This document shows positions 8,878 through 17,139 of a stretch of 33,574 bases of DNA, in pieces. The notes under the pieces are model-generated. The model was given only the letters and a program-made list of their open reading frames with translations, ran no database searches and was not told where the DNA came from. The position numbers were made by a program, and so were the translations under genes. Source of the stretch: an uncultured Erysipelotrichaceae bacterium (GTDB lineage Bacteria; Bacillota_I; Bacilli_A; RF39; UBA660); contig CACZNM010000024.1 of NCBI GenBank assembly GCA_902782535.1, forward strand, positions 1-33,574. Reading direction: 5' to 3'. Numbering within the stretch: the first letter of the stretch is position 1; each line of letters starts with the position of its first letter.

Positions 8878-10350
8878 TTATTTGCTATCATTTTGTCGCA
8901 TTAATGGGAATAAGACAACATCACGAATAGAAGGTACATCATAAATCAACATTAAAAGTCTATCTATGCCAAAACCAAGACCAGAAATTGGTGGCATACC
9001 TTGTTCCATCGCTCCCATAAAGCTTTCATCAATTTCCATTGTCTCATCGTCACCTTGTTCTTTTGCAATCAACTGATCTTCAAATGCACGCCTTTGAACA
9101 ATAGGATCAACAAGCTCAGAATAAGCCTTACATAATTCTGTACCTCCTGCTACTACTTGGAATACATCAATAATACGATTATCTTTATCATTACGACGAG
9201 CAAGAGGGATTAATAAAGCTGGATAATTATATATAACTGTTGGTTCAATAATACCGGCTCTAATAGTTTTCTTATATACAAAATCAATTATTTGACTTAA
9301 AGAATGATAGTCTTCTAAATCTTTCATTGTAAATAATCCTTTTGCAACTATTTTTTCCTTTAATTCATTAGGATTATCAATCGCAAGAAAATCAAAACCA
9401 AGAATCTTTCTTAATCTTTCTACATAATTAATTCTTGTAAAATCTTTACCAAAGTCAAGGGTATTACCTTGATAATTAATTGTCGTAGTACCAATAAGTT
9501 CCATCATTAAATTACGAATAAAATCTTGATAGAATTTTAAATTATCTTCAAAATTCCAATAGGCAGCATACCATTCTACTTGAGTAAATTCTTGTAAATG
9601 CTCTGTATCCATACCTTCATTTCTAAAACATTTAGCAAGTTCATATACACGATGAAATCCCGCTGATATACATTGTTTCAAGTATGTTTCTGGAGCAATA
9701 CGAAGATTAAGATCAATATCAAGGGCATTATGATGTGTATAAAATGGTCTGGCAGCCGCTCCACATACAGCACTTTGTAAAATAGGCGTTTCAACTTCTA
9801 AAAATTCATTTTCTCCTAAATATTTATGAATAAAGGAATATAATTTACTTCTTCCTAAAAAGACTTTTCGAGATTCTTCATTAGAGATTAAATCAACATA
9901 TCTTTCACGATATCTATCTTCTACATCTGTTAGACCATGAAACTTCTCTGGAAGAGGTCTTAAAGCTTTACCTAAAAAGACAAAATCATCAGCACGTAGT
10001 GTTTTCTCTCCCGTTTGAGTAGTAAACATTTCTCCTTCTACACCAATAAAATCACCTACATCAATCATTGATTTAAAGAAAGCATATTTCTCTTCCCCTA
10101 CCAAATCTATCTTAATAGATACCTGTAAACTTCCCTCTAAGTCACGTATTCTAAGAAATGATAATTTTCCCATTTTACGCATAAAGATAATTCTTCCTGC
10201 AACTCTAACATTTTTTTCTCCATCATTTAAATTACATGCATCATGTAAACGATGAGTAATTTCAAATCTTTCTGGATAAGGATTACATACTTTTCTTATT
10301 TCTTCAACCTTATTTCTTCTTACAATTTCTTGTTCTGATAATTCTCTCAT
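8878..10350 (-). CDS. lysS: lysine--tRNA ligase (class II)
   Basis: Motifs CFRNEG and GLGFGIDRLLM. Trimmed to MRELSEQEIV (ATG 10350), because the track extension runs through the upstream RDD gene. The RDD stop and lysS ATG are 1 nt apart. Confidence 0.95.
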   Translation of the reverse strand: MRELSEQEIVRRNKVEEIRKVCNPYPERFEITHRLHDACNLNDGEKNVRVAGRIIFMRKMGKLSFLRIRDLEGSLQVSIKIDLVGEEKYAFFKSMIDVGDFIGVEGEMFTTQTGEKTLRADDFVFLGKALRPLPEKFHGLTDVEDRYRERYVDLISNEESRKVFLGRSKLYSFIHKYLGENEFLEVETPILQSAVCGAAARPFYTHHNALDIDLNLRIAPETYLKQCISAGFHRVYELAKCFRNEGMDTEHLQEFTQVEWYAAYWNFEDNLKFYQDFIRNLMMELIGTTTINYQGNTLDFGKDFTRINYVERLRKILGFDFLAIDNPNELKEKIVAKGLFTMKDLEDYHSLSQIIDFVYKKTIRAGIIEPTVIYNYPALLIPLARRNDKDNRIIDVFQVVAGGTELCKAYSELVDPIVQRRAFEDQLIAKEQGDDETMEIDESFMGAMEQGMPPISGLGFGIDRLLMLIYDVPSIRDVVLFPLMRQNDSK

Positions 10351-10351
10351 T

Positions 10352-11053
10352 TTATTTACCTTCTTTCTTTTTTGTACCCTTTTTCTTTTCACCAACAATT
10401 TCTGCGTCTTTAATCTGTTCATTAGGATCATCTTTTTGATAATTAATATTAACAACTTTCGTATTTGCTATCAAATCATGTAAACCACGACCATCATTTC
10501 GATACATAACAAAGATTAATGAAACAATAAAAATTAACGATAAAACTCCACTAGCTTTCGGTTCAATATCAATATAATTAGTTTTTGATAGAGAATAAAA
10601 CAAAATTATTATTATAGCATTACTTAAAACACTATTAATTATCAAACTTCTTAAAAGATAATTAAAGATATTTAATTCTTTATCATTATTACTTATCATT
10701 CTTATTTTCATTAAATATTTACCAAGGGTTATTCCGTGACAAAAATATGGCATTATTACATAATAAACAATTATTACTATTAAGGTTACTATCGTAATGT
10801 AAATACTGCTTGCAACCAATTCATAATTTAGTTCGCGACTTTTCGCTTGATATTCTTCTAATTCAATTTCTTTTTGACTATATTTAGACATTGTTTCTAA
10901 CATCTCTTTTGATACTTCTTCATATTTTTTAGTATCAGTAAATGTTGAAGAAATTATCCCTGCTAGTAAAGATACAATCAATATATCAATAAAAAACGCT
11001 GCTACTCTTTTATATACTTTAGGTTTTTCAACAATTAATACTTCATTATTCAT
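10352..11053 (-). CDS. RDD family membrane protein with Lys-rich C-terminal tail
   Basis: N-terminal R..AAFFIDILIV and C-terminal GRGLHDLIANTKVV are the RDD signature residues, with 3-4 TM segments. Start set to MNNEVL (ATG 11053) with GAGGAGG 6 nt upstream. The tail is EKKKGTKKKEGK. Confidence 0.75.
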   Translation of the reverse strand: MNNEVLIVEKPKVYKRVAAFFIDILIVSLLAGIISSTFTDTKKYEEVSKEMLETMSKYSQKEIELEEYQAKSRELNYELVASSIYITIVTLIVIIVYYVIMPYFCHGITLGKYLMKIRMISNNDKELNIFNYLLRSLIINSVLSNAIIIILFYSLSKTNYIDIEPKASGVLSLIFIVSLIFVMYRNDGRGLHDLIANTKVVNINYQKDDPNEQIKDAEIVGEKKKGTKKKEGK

Positions 11054-12026
11054 GATATTCCTCCTCAAATTCCTTTAATATTTTTATTATATCACAGGAA
11101 TTAGTTGCTTTATACACTTTTTCTTTAATTATGTTACTATTTTTTAGTCCTTTAAGATACCATGCAACATGATTACGAATTTCTAGGCATACTAACTTCT
11201 CTGGTTTTATCTTTTTTAAATAATTAATATGTTTAATACACATATTAATCTTTTCATGATAATCTCTATTTTTAGGTTCTATTCCTTTATCTAGATAATC
11301 ATTGATATCAGAGATAAACCAGGGATTACCAAGTACACCCCTTCCTATCATAATCATATCACAGCCTGTTTCATCAAGCATTCTTTTAGCATCATAAACG
11401 GTCTTAATATCGCCATTACCAATAACAGGAATCGATACACTTTCTTTAACTTTCTTAATAATACTCCAATCAGCTTTGCCAGAATAACCTTGACAACGTG
11501 TTCTTGGATGTATACAAATAGCACTTGCTCCAGCTTCTTCACATATCTTAGCGATTAAAGGTGCATTAATACTATTCATATCCCATCCACTTCTTATTTT
11601 AACTGTTACAGGACATTTTACACTATTAACAACGGCTTTAACTATTTTCTTTATCTTTTCAGGATTTTTAAGTAATGCACTTCCTGCTTGTGATCTTAAA
11701 GCCACCTTGGGAACAGGACACCCCATATTGATATCAATAATATCGGGATGCATTTCTTTTTCTATATATTTTGCAGCTTCAACAAATGTTTCTTCATCAC
11801 TACCAAATATTTGTTGAGCAAGGGGTCTTTCATCATCTTCCATATATAACATTTCTTTAGTTTTATTGTTACGATAAAAAATAGCTTTATCACTGACCAT
11901 TTCAGCATATATTAAAGCTGCTCCTCGTTCTTTAGCAATTTTTCGAAAAGCACTATTACATATACCAGCCATAGGTGCAAGAGCAACTTTACCTTTAATC
12001 TCAACATTTCCAATTTTAAGCATCAT
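11046..12026 (-). CDS. dusB: tRNA dihydrouridine synthase B
   Basis: 326 aa with LAPMAGICNSAFR and INMGCP motifs, in the conserved position upstream of lysS. Confidence 0.9.
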   Translation of the reverse strand: MMLKIGNVEIKGKVALAPMAGICNSAFRKIAKERGAALIYAEMVSDKAIFYRNNKTKEMLYMEDDERPLAQQIFGSDEETFVEAAKYIEKEMHPDIIDINMGCPVPKVALRSQAGSALLKNPEKIKKIVKAVVNSVKCPVTVKIRSGWDMNSINAPLIAKICEEAGASAICIHPRTRCQGYSGKADWSIIKKVKESVSIPVIGNGDIKTVYDAKRMLDETGCDMIMIGRGVLGNPWFISDINDYLDKGIEPKNRDYHEKINMCIKHINYLKKIKPEKLVCLEIRNHVAWYLKGLKNSNIIKEKVYKATNSCDIIKILKEFEEEYHE

Positions 12027-12054
12027 AAAACCTCTTGGGAATATTATAGTCTAA

Positions 12055-12091
12055 AAAAAGATAAAAGAAAAGAGTTAAATTAATAACTCTT
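12055..12091 (-). terminator. rho-independent terminator after the LysM lipoprotein gene
   Basis: AAGAGTTA-6 nt-TAACTCTT (12070-12091, overlapping the stop) is followed on the minus strand by TTCTTTTATCTTTTTTT. Confidence 0.6.
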
Positions 12092-12542
12092 ATTTTGCCT
12101 TATAATTGTAAATTATTTGATCTACTTCAATTAAATCAATGTTTTTAATGCCATTGTATTTAGCTAACGTATAGCAATTAACATGCCATGTTCTAGCAAT
12201 TAAACTTAATGTGTCACCCCATACTACTTTGTAACTCTTTGCACCAACTTTGGAATTAATTCTAGTGTTTTCTTTCCATTCAACACCATTCCTCTTTAAA
12301 AGTTTAACTTTTTTTGTAGTACTTGAACCATTATTTTTGCTATCATTTTTCTTTGAATCATCCTTAGAATTTTCTTTACCGTTGTCATCCTTCTTATCAG
12401 TACCACCTTTATCATCCTTATCAATTACATCTGGTGTATTACCTTTATCTTCAGGATCATCTTTACCACATCCAGCGGCAACAAGTAAAGTAAAGACTAA
12501 GAGAAAACATAAGAAAAATGTGCTTAATTTGTTAGATTTCAT
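12090..12542 (-). CDS. LysM-domain lipoprotein
   Basis: Trimmed to MKSNKLSTFFLCFLLVFTLLVAAGC (lipobox LVAAGC), with RBS AGGGGGA. D/K/N-rich low-complexity linker, then C-terminal LysM (YKVVWGDTLSLIARTWHVNCYTLAKYNGI). Confidence 0.85.
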   Translation of the reverse strand: MKSNKLSTFFLCFLLVFTLLVAAGCGKDDPEDKGNTPDVIDKDDKGGTDKKDDNGKENSKDDSKKNDSKNNGSSTTKKVKLLKRNGVEWKENTRINSKVGAKSYKVVWGDTLSLIARTWHVNCYTLAKYNGIKNIDLIEVDQIIYNYKAK

Positions 12543-12627
12543 AATGTTCCCCCTACCTTTCCTATCTCTACAATGTAATTGTATCATAGCATCAAAAGTA
12601 AAAGAGAATATTTGACACATTATGACA

Positions 12628-14316
12628 TTATTTTTTCAATGTTTTATTATTCTCTTCATCATCATCAAAAGATTGTCTAATTTTTTCTGTTGCCTCTTCT
12701 TTATCTAACAGATTATTATAATAATCCCTTGTAATTTTATTACATTTTTTTAAATGGAAGTAAATTAAATCTTTTTCATCTTCACTACAGTCAGACATTT
12801 CATATATTTTAGATAAAAAGTATTCTATTTTCTCTTCATCATCTATAAAATATCTATTATTTTGATCAAAACAATATATTCCCCATGGTAATTCATTCTG
12901 ATTATCAAAGCTTCCATTTGTAACTAATCTCCATAAGATACCACTTTCTGTGAAAGAAAACTCACTATATTGATTACTATAAATACCACTTCTTATACAC
13001 ATCGGATAACTTATTAAATGATTATGACATATTTTATCATGATATTCTTTGGCAACATCCTCCAAATTATTCCACGTAATAATTTCTCGCCAATATGATG
13101 AAGATTTATCATTATATTCACTTTCAAAATCGTTTTTCCAATCAAAAAATTCAAACGCAGTATTATAAGAACCTACCCATCTTGAATGAACAAAAGAATT
13201 TCGTAACTTGTTTCTTGGATATTCCTTTTTTCCTATAGTAATTTTTTCATCATTTACAACTGTATCAAAAATATATCCACAATAAATAAAACAACTTATT
13301 TGTGAAAATAAATCCCAATCATATACTGCACAAAGTTTATTGGGAATTGTTCCAAATTCATTGGTCACATTTTCAAACAAAATATTTTTTTCATCAAATA
13401 ATAACATCATTTGGACTTCTTGTTCAAAATCGCTCATACTTTTATTCTTATTTAATATCAAATACTGTCCTACAAAATATAACATTGTTTCATAATTAAA
13501 TCTTTTTAATTCTGGTAAAGGCATAGCAGTCATTACTAAATATGGTAAAATAGCTCTTCCATTAGCCAGTAATTTTTCCCAACCTTTTAAATCCTGTTGA
13601 ATCTTTCTTTTTTGCGAATATGTTAGAGAAAAAGTTTTAATAACGTCAGGATCAGTAGGATTATCTTTTGGATAAACTTTTTTCATCTCAACATTATCCA
13701 ATAGTGCAAAGCAATTTTTACTATTTAAAGAAGATAAATCCTTTTTTATATCTAAAACATAATGATTTAAATCTTGAACCGTCAAAGCTTTAGACATTAA
13801 CTCATAAAAATCTGCACAAGATATTAAAACATGAAATGGTCTAGGATCTGTATATATTGCTTTTTCTTTTTTAGTTCTAGAATCCGCTATGTCAATTTCA
13901 ATATATATTTTATTATTAATTCTCTTTAATTGATATTGTTCTTTATTATCGCTATGGTTTATAACATTTCTTATATATCTTATAACCCACTTTTTATCAG
14001 GAAACATACTAGCATCATTAGGATTAACAAATATATTTTTATTAATATCAATATTCTCTGGTAAAACGCTTTTAAAATTGGCATCATATAAAATAGAGTT
14101 TATCGACTTCATTAAATAGAAACCAAATACTTCAATCATTTCCATATAATAATATTGTGAAGCATACATGTATCGATTAGTAGAACGCATGTATCCTACA
14201 AAATTAATCCAAAAAGAGACATCTTTATTAAGACATACTGTCGACATTAAATATGAAAAATCATATAAATAATTCGCAATATCCTCCTTGGTTAAAGTAT
14301 ACTCATTTTTATCCAT
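12628..14316 (-). CDS. hypothetical protein with two RNxxxH (HEPN-type) motifs; candidate tandem-HEPN RNase
   Basis: 562-aa uninterrupted ORF with a G-rich RBS. RNVINH is at aa 116-121 (nt 13954-13971) and RNSFVH at aa 372-377 (nt 13186-13203). The ORF itself is secure. The HEPN assignment rests on motifs only. Confidence 0.55.
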   Translation of the reverse strand: MDKNEYTLTKEDIANYLYDFSYLMSTVCLNKDVSFWINFVGYMRSTNRYMYASQYYYMEMIEVFGFYLMKSINSILYDANFKSVLPENIDINKNIFVNPNDASMFPDKKWVIRYIRNVINHSDNKEQYQLKRINNKIYIEIDIADSRTKKEKAIYTDPRPFHVLISCADFYELMSKALTVQDLNHYVLDIKKDLSSLNSKNCFALLDNVEMKKVYPKDNPTDPDVIKTFSLTYSQKRKIQQDLKGWEKLLANGRAILPYLVMTAMPLPELKRFNYETMLYFVGQYLILNKNKSMSDFEQEVQMMLLFDEKNILFENVTNEFGTIPNKLCAVYDWDLFSQISCFIYCGYIFDTVVNDEKITIGKKEYPRNKLRNSFVHSRWVGSYNTAFEFFDWKNDFESEYNDKSSSYWREIITWNNLEDVAKEYHDKICHNHLISYPMCIRSGIYSNQYSEFSFTESGILWRLVTNGSFDNQNELPWGIYCFDQNNRYFIDDEEKIEYFLSKIYEMSDCSEDEKDLIYFHLKKCNKITRDYYNNLLDKEEATEKIRQSFDDDEENNKTLKK

Positions 14317-14340
14317 AATCCCCCCAAATTAATGAAGTAT

Positions 14341-14369
14341 ATTATACCATAAAAATTAAAAAATTGCAA
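14341..14369 (-). promoter_or_regulatory. near-consensus sigma-A promoter of the 562-aa gene
   Basis: Minus strand reads TTGCAA (14364-14369), a 17-nt spacer, then TGgTATAAT (extended -10, with TATAAT at 14341-14346), about 25 nt upstream of the ATG. Confidence 0.6.
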
Positions 14370-14393
14370 AATAAAAGCCTACATTGTAGACTT
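14370..14393 (-). terminator. terminator after the 229-aa gene
   Basis: Imperfect hairpin AAGTCTAC-aat-GTAGGCTT on the minus strand, followed by TTATTTTG. It lies 13 nt after the stop at 14406. Confidence 0.45.
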
Positions 14394-14405
14394 CTTTTTA
14401 ATAAA

Positions 14406-15092
14406 CTATCGTATTTTTTTATTCGTATATCCTTCTAATTCTTGATAATCATTACTAAGTGATTCACGATATTTATCTCTTACAATTAATCCAATTGTTT
14501 TAAGCCAATTATAATATGTCTTATTATAAATAGAATTGGCTTTTATAAAATATTCATTATCATCAATAGCAAGCGTTACAATATCCTTTTTCTGATTTAA
14601 TATACTAACTCTTTCTGTATGATAATCTGGAATAAATTGAGACAAACTATATTTAATGTTGCCTTCTCCATCTACTATATCAGTATATATATCAACATTA
14701 TACGTACTATCCAAATAATTTCTATTACTTTGTCTTACTATAATATAATCTCTACCATTCTTATAACATACTGCATATTCATAACTATTATCCTCTTTAT
14801 TCTCTTTCCATTCTATATTAAATCCATTAAGACTGTTATTAAATATTTTTACCTGATTATCTGAAAGATTAATTTTAAAATACTCTTCTCTCATCGATTT
14901 TGCAAAGACACTATTATTTTCTATTCCTTTGCCATCATTAGGTATTATAATTTTTAATCCAGATAATTCCTCTACTCCACTATTAATAATATCAGAAAAT
15001 ACTCCTAAAACAATTGCTGATCTTGCTGAATCAAGCTTAATTTTTCCATCATGTACTAAATTTATAATTTGATTTACAATATCATATTTCAT
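14406..15092 (-). CDS. hypothetical cytoplasmic protein (229 aa)
   Basis: Start moved to MKYDIV (ATG 15092) because GGAGG sits 8 nt upstream. The track's first ATG overlaps that RBS. No TM segment, signal peptide or recognisable motif. Confidence 0.75.
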   Translation of the reverse strand: MKYDIVNQIINLVHDGKIKLDSARSAIVLGVFSDIINSGVEELSGLKIIIPNDGKGIENNSVFAKSMREEYFKINLSDNQVKIFNNSLNGFNIEWKENKEDNSYEYAVCYKNGRDYIIVRQSNRNYLDSTYNVDIYTDIVDGEGNIKYSLSQFIPDYHTERVSILNQKKDIVTLAIDDNEYFIKANSIYNKTYYNWLKTIGLIVRDKYRESLSNDYQELEGYTNKKIR

Positions 15093-15161
15093 ATACAAAA
15101 CCTCCATTTAATTAGATTATCTAAATATCCTTCGTTTTACAAGTATATTTTCATTATTTGA

Positions 15162-15191
15162 CAAAAAAAGAGCCTATTTATTAAGCTCTTT
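15162..15191 (-). terminator. terminator after ftsH
   Basis: AAAGAGC-11 nt-GCTCTTT spans the ftsH stop and is followed by TTTTGTC on the minus strand. Confidence 0.5.
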
Positions 15192-17132
15192 GATTAATTC
15201 TTCTTTGGTCATTTTAGTATAGCCTTTAATACCAGCTTCTTTGGCTTTTTCACGAAGTTCGTCTTCTGTTAAATCATTAAGTGTAGTATCTTCTGGTAAT
15301 TTACCATTTTCTTCTAGATATAATATTTCTTCATGAGTTAATGTTTCTTTCTCAAGTAGAGCATTTGCTATTAAATGAACTAAATCAATATTATCTTTCA
15401 ATATCTTGGTAGCTTTTTTATAACATTCGTCCATTATCTTGCGAATTTCAATATCAATCTCATGTGCAACCGTATCAGAGAAATTACGTGTTTTATTATA
15501 ATCACGGCCAATAAAGACGCTTTCACTTTGTTGTTCTAATTGAACTGGTCCTAAATCACTCATACCATATTCAGTTACCATAGCACGCGCTATTTTAGTA
15601 GCTTTTTCAAAATCATTATGTGCACCTGTTGTTATTTCACCAAAGTTAATTTCCTCTGATACACGACCACCTAATAATCCTGTTATTTGTTCCAATAATT
15701 CCGTTTTTGTTTCTGTATATTTTTCTTCCTTTGGAACCATCATAGCATATCCACCAGCATAACTACGTGGAATGATTGTTACTTTTTGGACATCATTAGC
15801 ACTAGAAAGTTTTAATCCTAATACAACATGTCCTGCTTCATGATGAGCGACCATATTACGTTCTTTTTCAGTATATTTTTTACTTATTTTAGCAGGTCCC
15901 ATTAAAACACGATCAGTTGCTTCATCTATCTCGCTCATAGTAATAAATTCTTTATTACGACGTACGGCAAGCAAAGCAGCTTCATTAAGTAAATTTTCTA
16001 AATCTGCACCACTAAATCCTGGTGTTCTCTTAGCAAGATTAGATAATGTAATATTTTTATCTAATATTTTATTTCTTGCATGAACTTCAAGTATTTCTTC
16101 ACGACCTTGTTTATCAGGTAAATTAACAGTTACTTGTCTATCAAATCTTCCTGGTCTTAAAAGGGCTGGGTCTAAAACATCGGCGCGGTTTGTTGCAGCG
16201 ATAATAATAATACCTTCGTTAGCACCAAAACCATCCATTTCGGTTAATAATTGATTAAGAGTTTGTTCTCTTTCATCATGTCCACCACCTAATCCTGTTC
16301 CACGTTGACGACCCACAGCATCAATTTCATCAATGAAAATTAAGCATGGAGCGTTATTCTTAGCTTGTTTAAACATATCACGTACACGTGAAGCTCCAAC
16401 ACCAACAAATAATTCAACGAAATCAGATCCACTAATATAATAGAATGGCACATTAGCTTCACCTGCAACAGCACGAGCAAGTAATGTTTTACCAGTTCCA
16501 GGAGGACCAACTAAAAGTACTCCTTTAGGAATTCTTGCCCCTAATTTCTGAAATTTCTTTGGACTTTTTAAGAAATCAATTAATTCTTTTACTTCTTCTT
16601 TTTCTTCTTTTAAACCTGCAACATCTTTGAATGTAACCTTATTACGACTATCAGATAATCTTGCACGACTTTTTCCAAAATCAAATGATTTATTCGCACC
16701 ACCGGCTTGTCTATTTAAGAAGTATAATCCTCCACCAACAATTAATACAAGTGGTAAGAAATTAACTAAAATAACTAATAATGTACTTGCACTTGGATCT
16801 TTATTTACTTTAATCTTATAGTCATACTTTTCATATCCATCTACAAGTTCCTTAATTACTTCATCTGAAAGAGGTGCAGTAACTTTAAAAGATTCATTTT
16901 CTTTATAATCTTTTAATTTACCCTCTATGTAATATACTCCACCATCATTACTTGGAGTAACTTCCATTTCTTTTACTTCGCCACTAGATACTTTTCCCAT
17001 AAATTCATTAAATGTTAAATCATTTACTTTAACACTCATTATTTTATACATATAGAATAGTACAAACATTAATCCTATTAATAAAATATAGGGAATTACA
17101 TTCTTTTTCATTTCTTTTTTATTCATATTCAT
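15174..17132 (-). CDS. ftsH: ATP-dependent zinc metalloprotease FtsH
   Basis: 652 aa with two N-terminal TM segments, Walker [12 protein letters not shown] and zinc site HEAGH. The start could be the third codon (ATG 17126), given where AAGGAGAG sits. Confidence 0.97.
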   Translation of the reverse strand: MNMNKKEMKKNVIPYILLIGLMFVLFYMYKIMSVKVNDLTFNEFMGKVSSGEVKEMEVTPSNDGGVYYIEGKLKDYKENESFKVTAPLSDEVIKELVDGYEKYDYKIKVNKDPSASTLLVILVNFLPLVLIVGGGLYFLNRQAGGANKSFDFGKSRARLSDSRNKVTFKDVAGLKEEKEEVKELIDFLKSPKKFQKLGARIPKGVLLVGPPGTGKTLLARAVAGEANVPFYYISGSDFVELFVGVGASRVRDMFKQAKNNAPCLIFIDEIDAVGRQRGTGLGGGHDEREQTLNQLLTEMDGFGANEGIIIIAATNRADVLDPALLRPGRFDRQVTVNLPDKQGREEILEVHARNKILDKNITLSNLAKRTPGFSGADLENLLNEAALLAVRRNKEFITMSEIDEATDRVLMGPAKISKKYTEKERNMVAHHEAGHVVLGLKLSSANDVQKVTIIPRSYAGGYAMMVPKEEKYTETKTELLEQITGLLGGRVSEEINFGEITTGAHNDFEKATKIARAMVTEYGMSDLGPVQLEQQSESVFIGRDYNKTRNFSDTVAHEIDIEIRKIMDECYKKATKILKDNIDLVHLIANALLEKETLTHEEILYLEENGKLPEDTTLNDLTEDELREKAKEAGIKGYTKMTKEELIKELNK

Positions 17133-17139
17133 CTCTCCT

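Noticed and set aside
8878-10455. Long N-terminal extensions in the ORF track (lysS to 10455, metG to 24749, tilS to 18513, LysM gene to 12620, TasA-like 2 to 20839, 80-aa gene to 6500, 229-aa gene to 15107, RDD to 11068)
   Set aside because: In each case an internal ATG is preceded by a GGAGG-type RBS at 5-9 nt and gives the canonical N-terminus. The extension either overlaps the upstream gene, terminator or T-box, or starts on or upstream of the RBS itself.
11354-11542. 62-aa minus-strand ORF within dusB
   Set aside because: It is an alternative frame of the same strand inside a well-supported gene, with no independent signals.
12250-12615. 121-aa plus-strand ORF overlapping the LysM lipoprotein gene
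   Set aside because: It is the antisense shadow of the D/K-rich linker region. The L/S/F-rich product has no start context.
13000-13050. Cys/His cluster in the C-terminal part of the 562-aa protein (HDKICHNHLISYPMC) as a zinc site
   Set aside because: It has no CxxC/HxxH pairing or any recognisable zinc-finger spacing, so I could not support it from sequence alone.
13302-14864. Plus-strand ORFs 13302-13499 and 14619-14864 inside the two orphan genes
   Set aside because: They are short antisense frames with an I/Y/F/L-rich composition typical of reverse reading of AT-rich genes. The long minus-strand ORFs with RBSs are far better supported.
12028-15173. Idea that the tandem-RNxxxH protein is a bona fide Cas13 with an adjacent CRISPR array
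   Set aside because: Reading the intergenic regions around it (12027-12089, 12543-12627, 14317-14405, 15108-15173), I see no repeated 25-40 nt units, and there are no cas genes anywhere in the window. At most it is Cas13-like in architecture, not a CRISPR locus.
12055-15191. Mobile-element boundaries (direct or inverted repeats, att sites, integrase) around the ftsH-dusB cassette
   Set aside because: I found none by eye. The only shared strings at the two edges are A-runs belonging to terminators.
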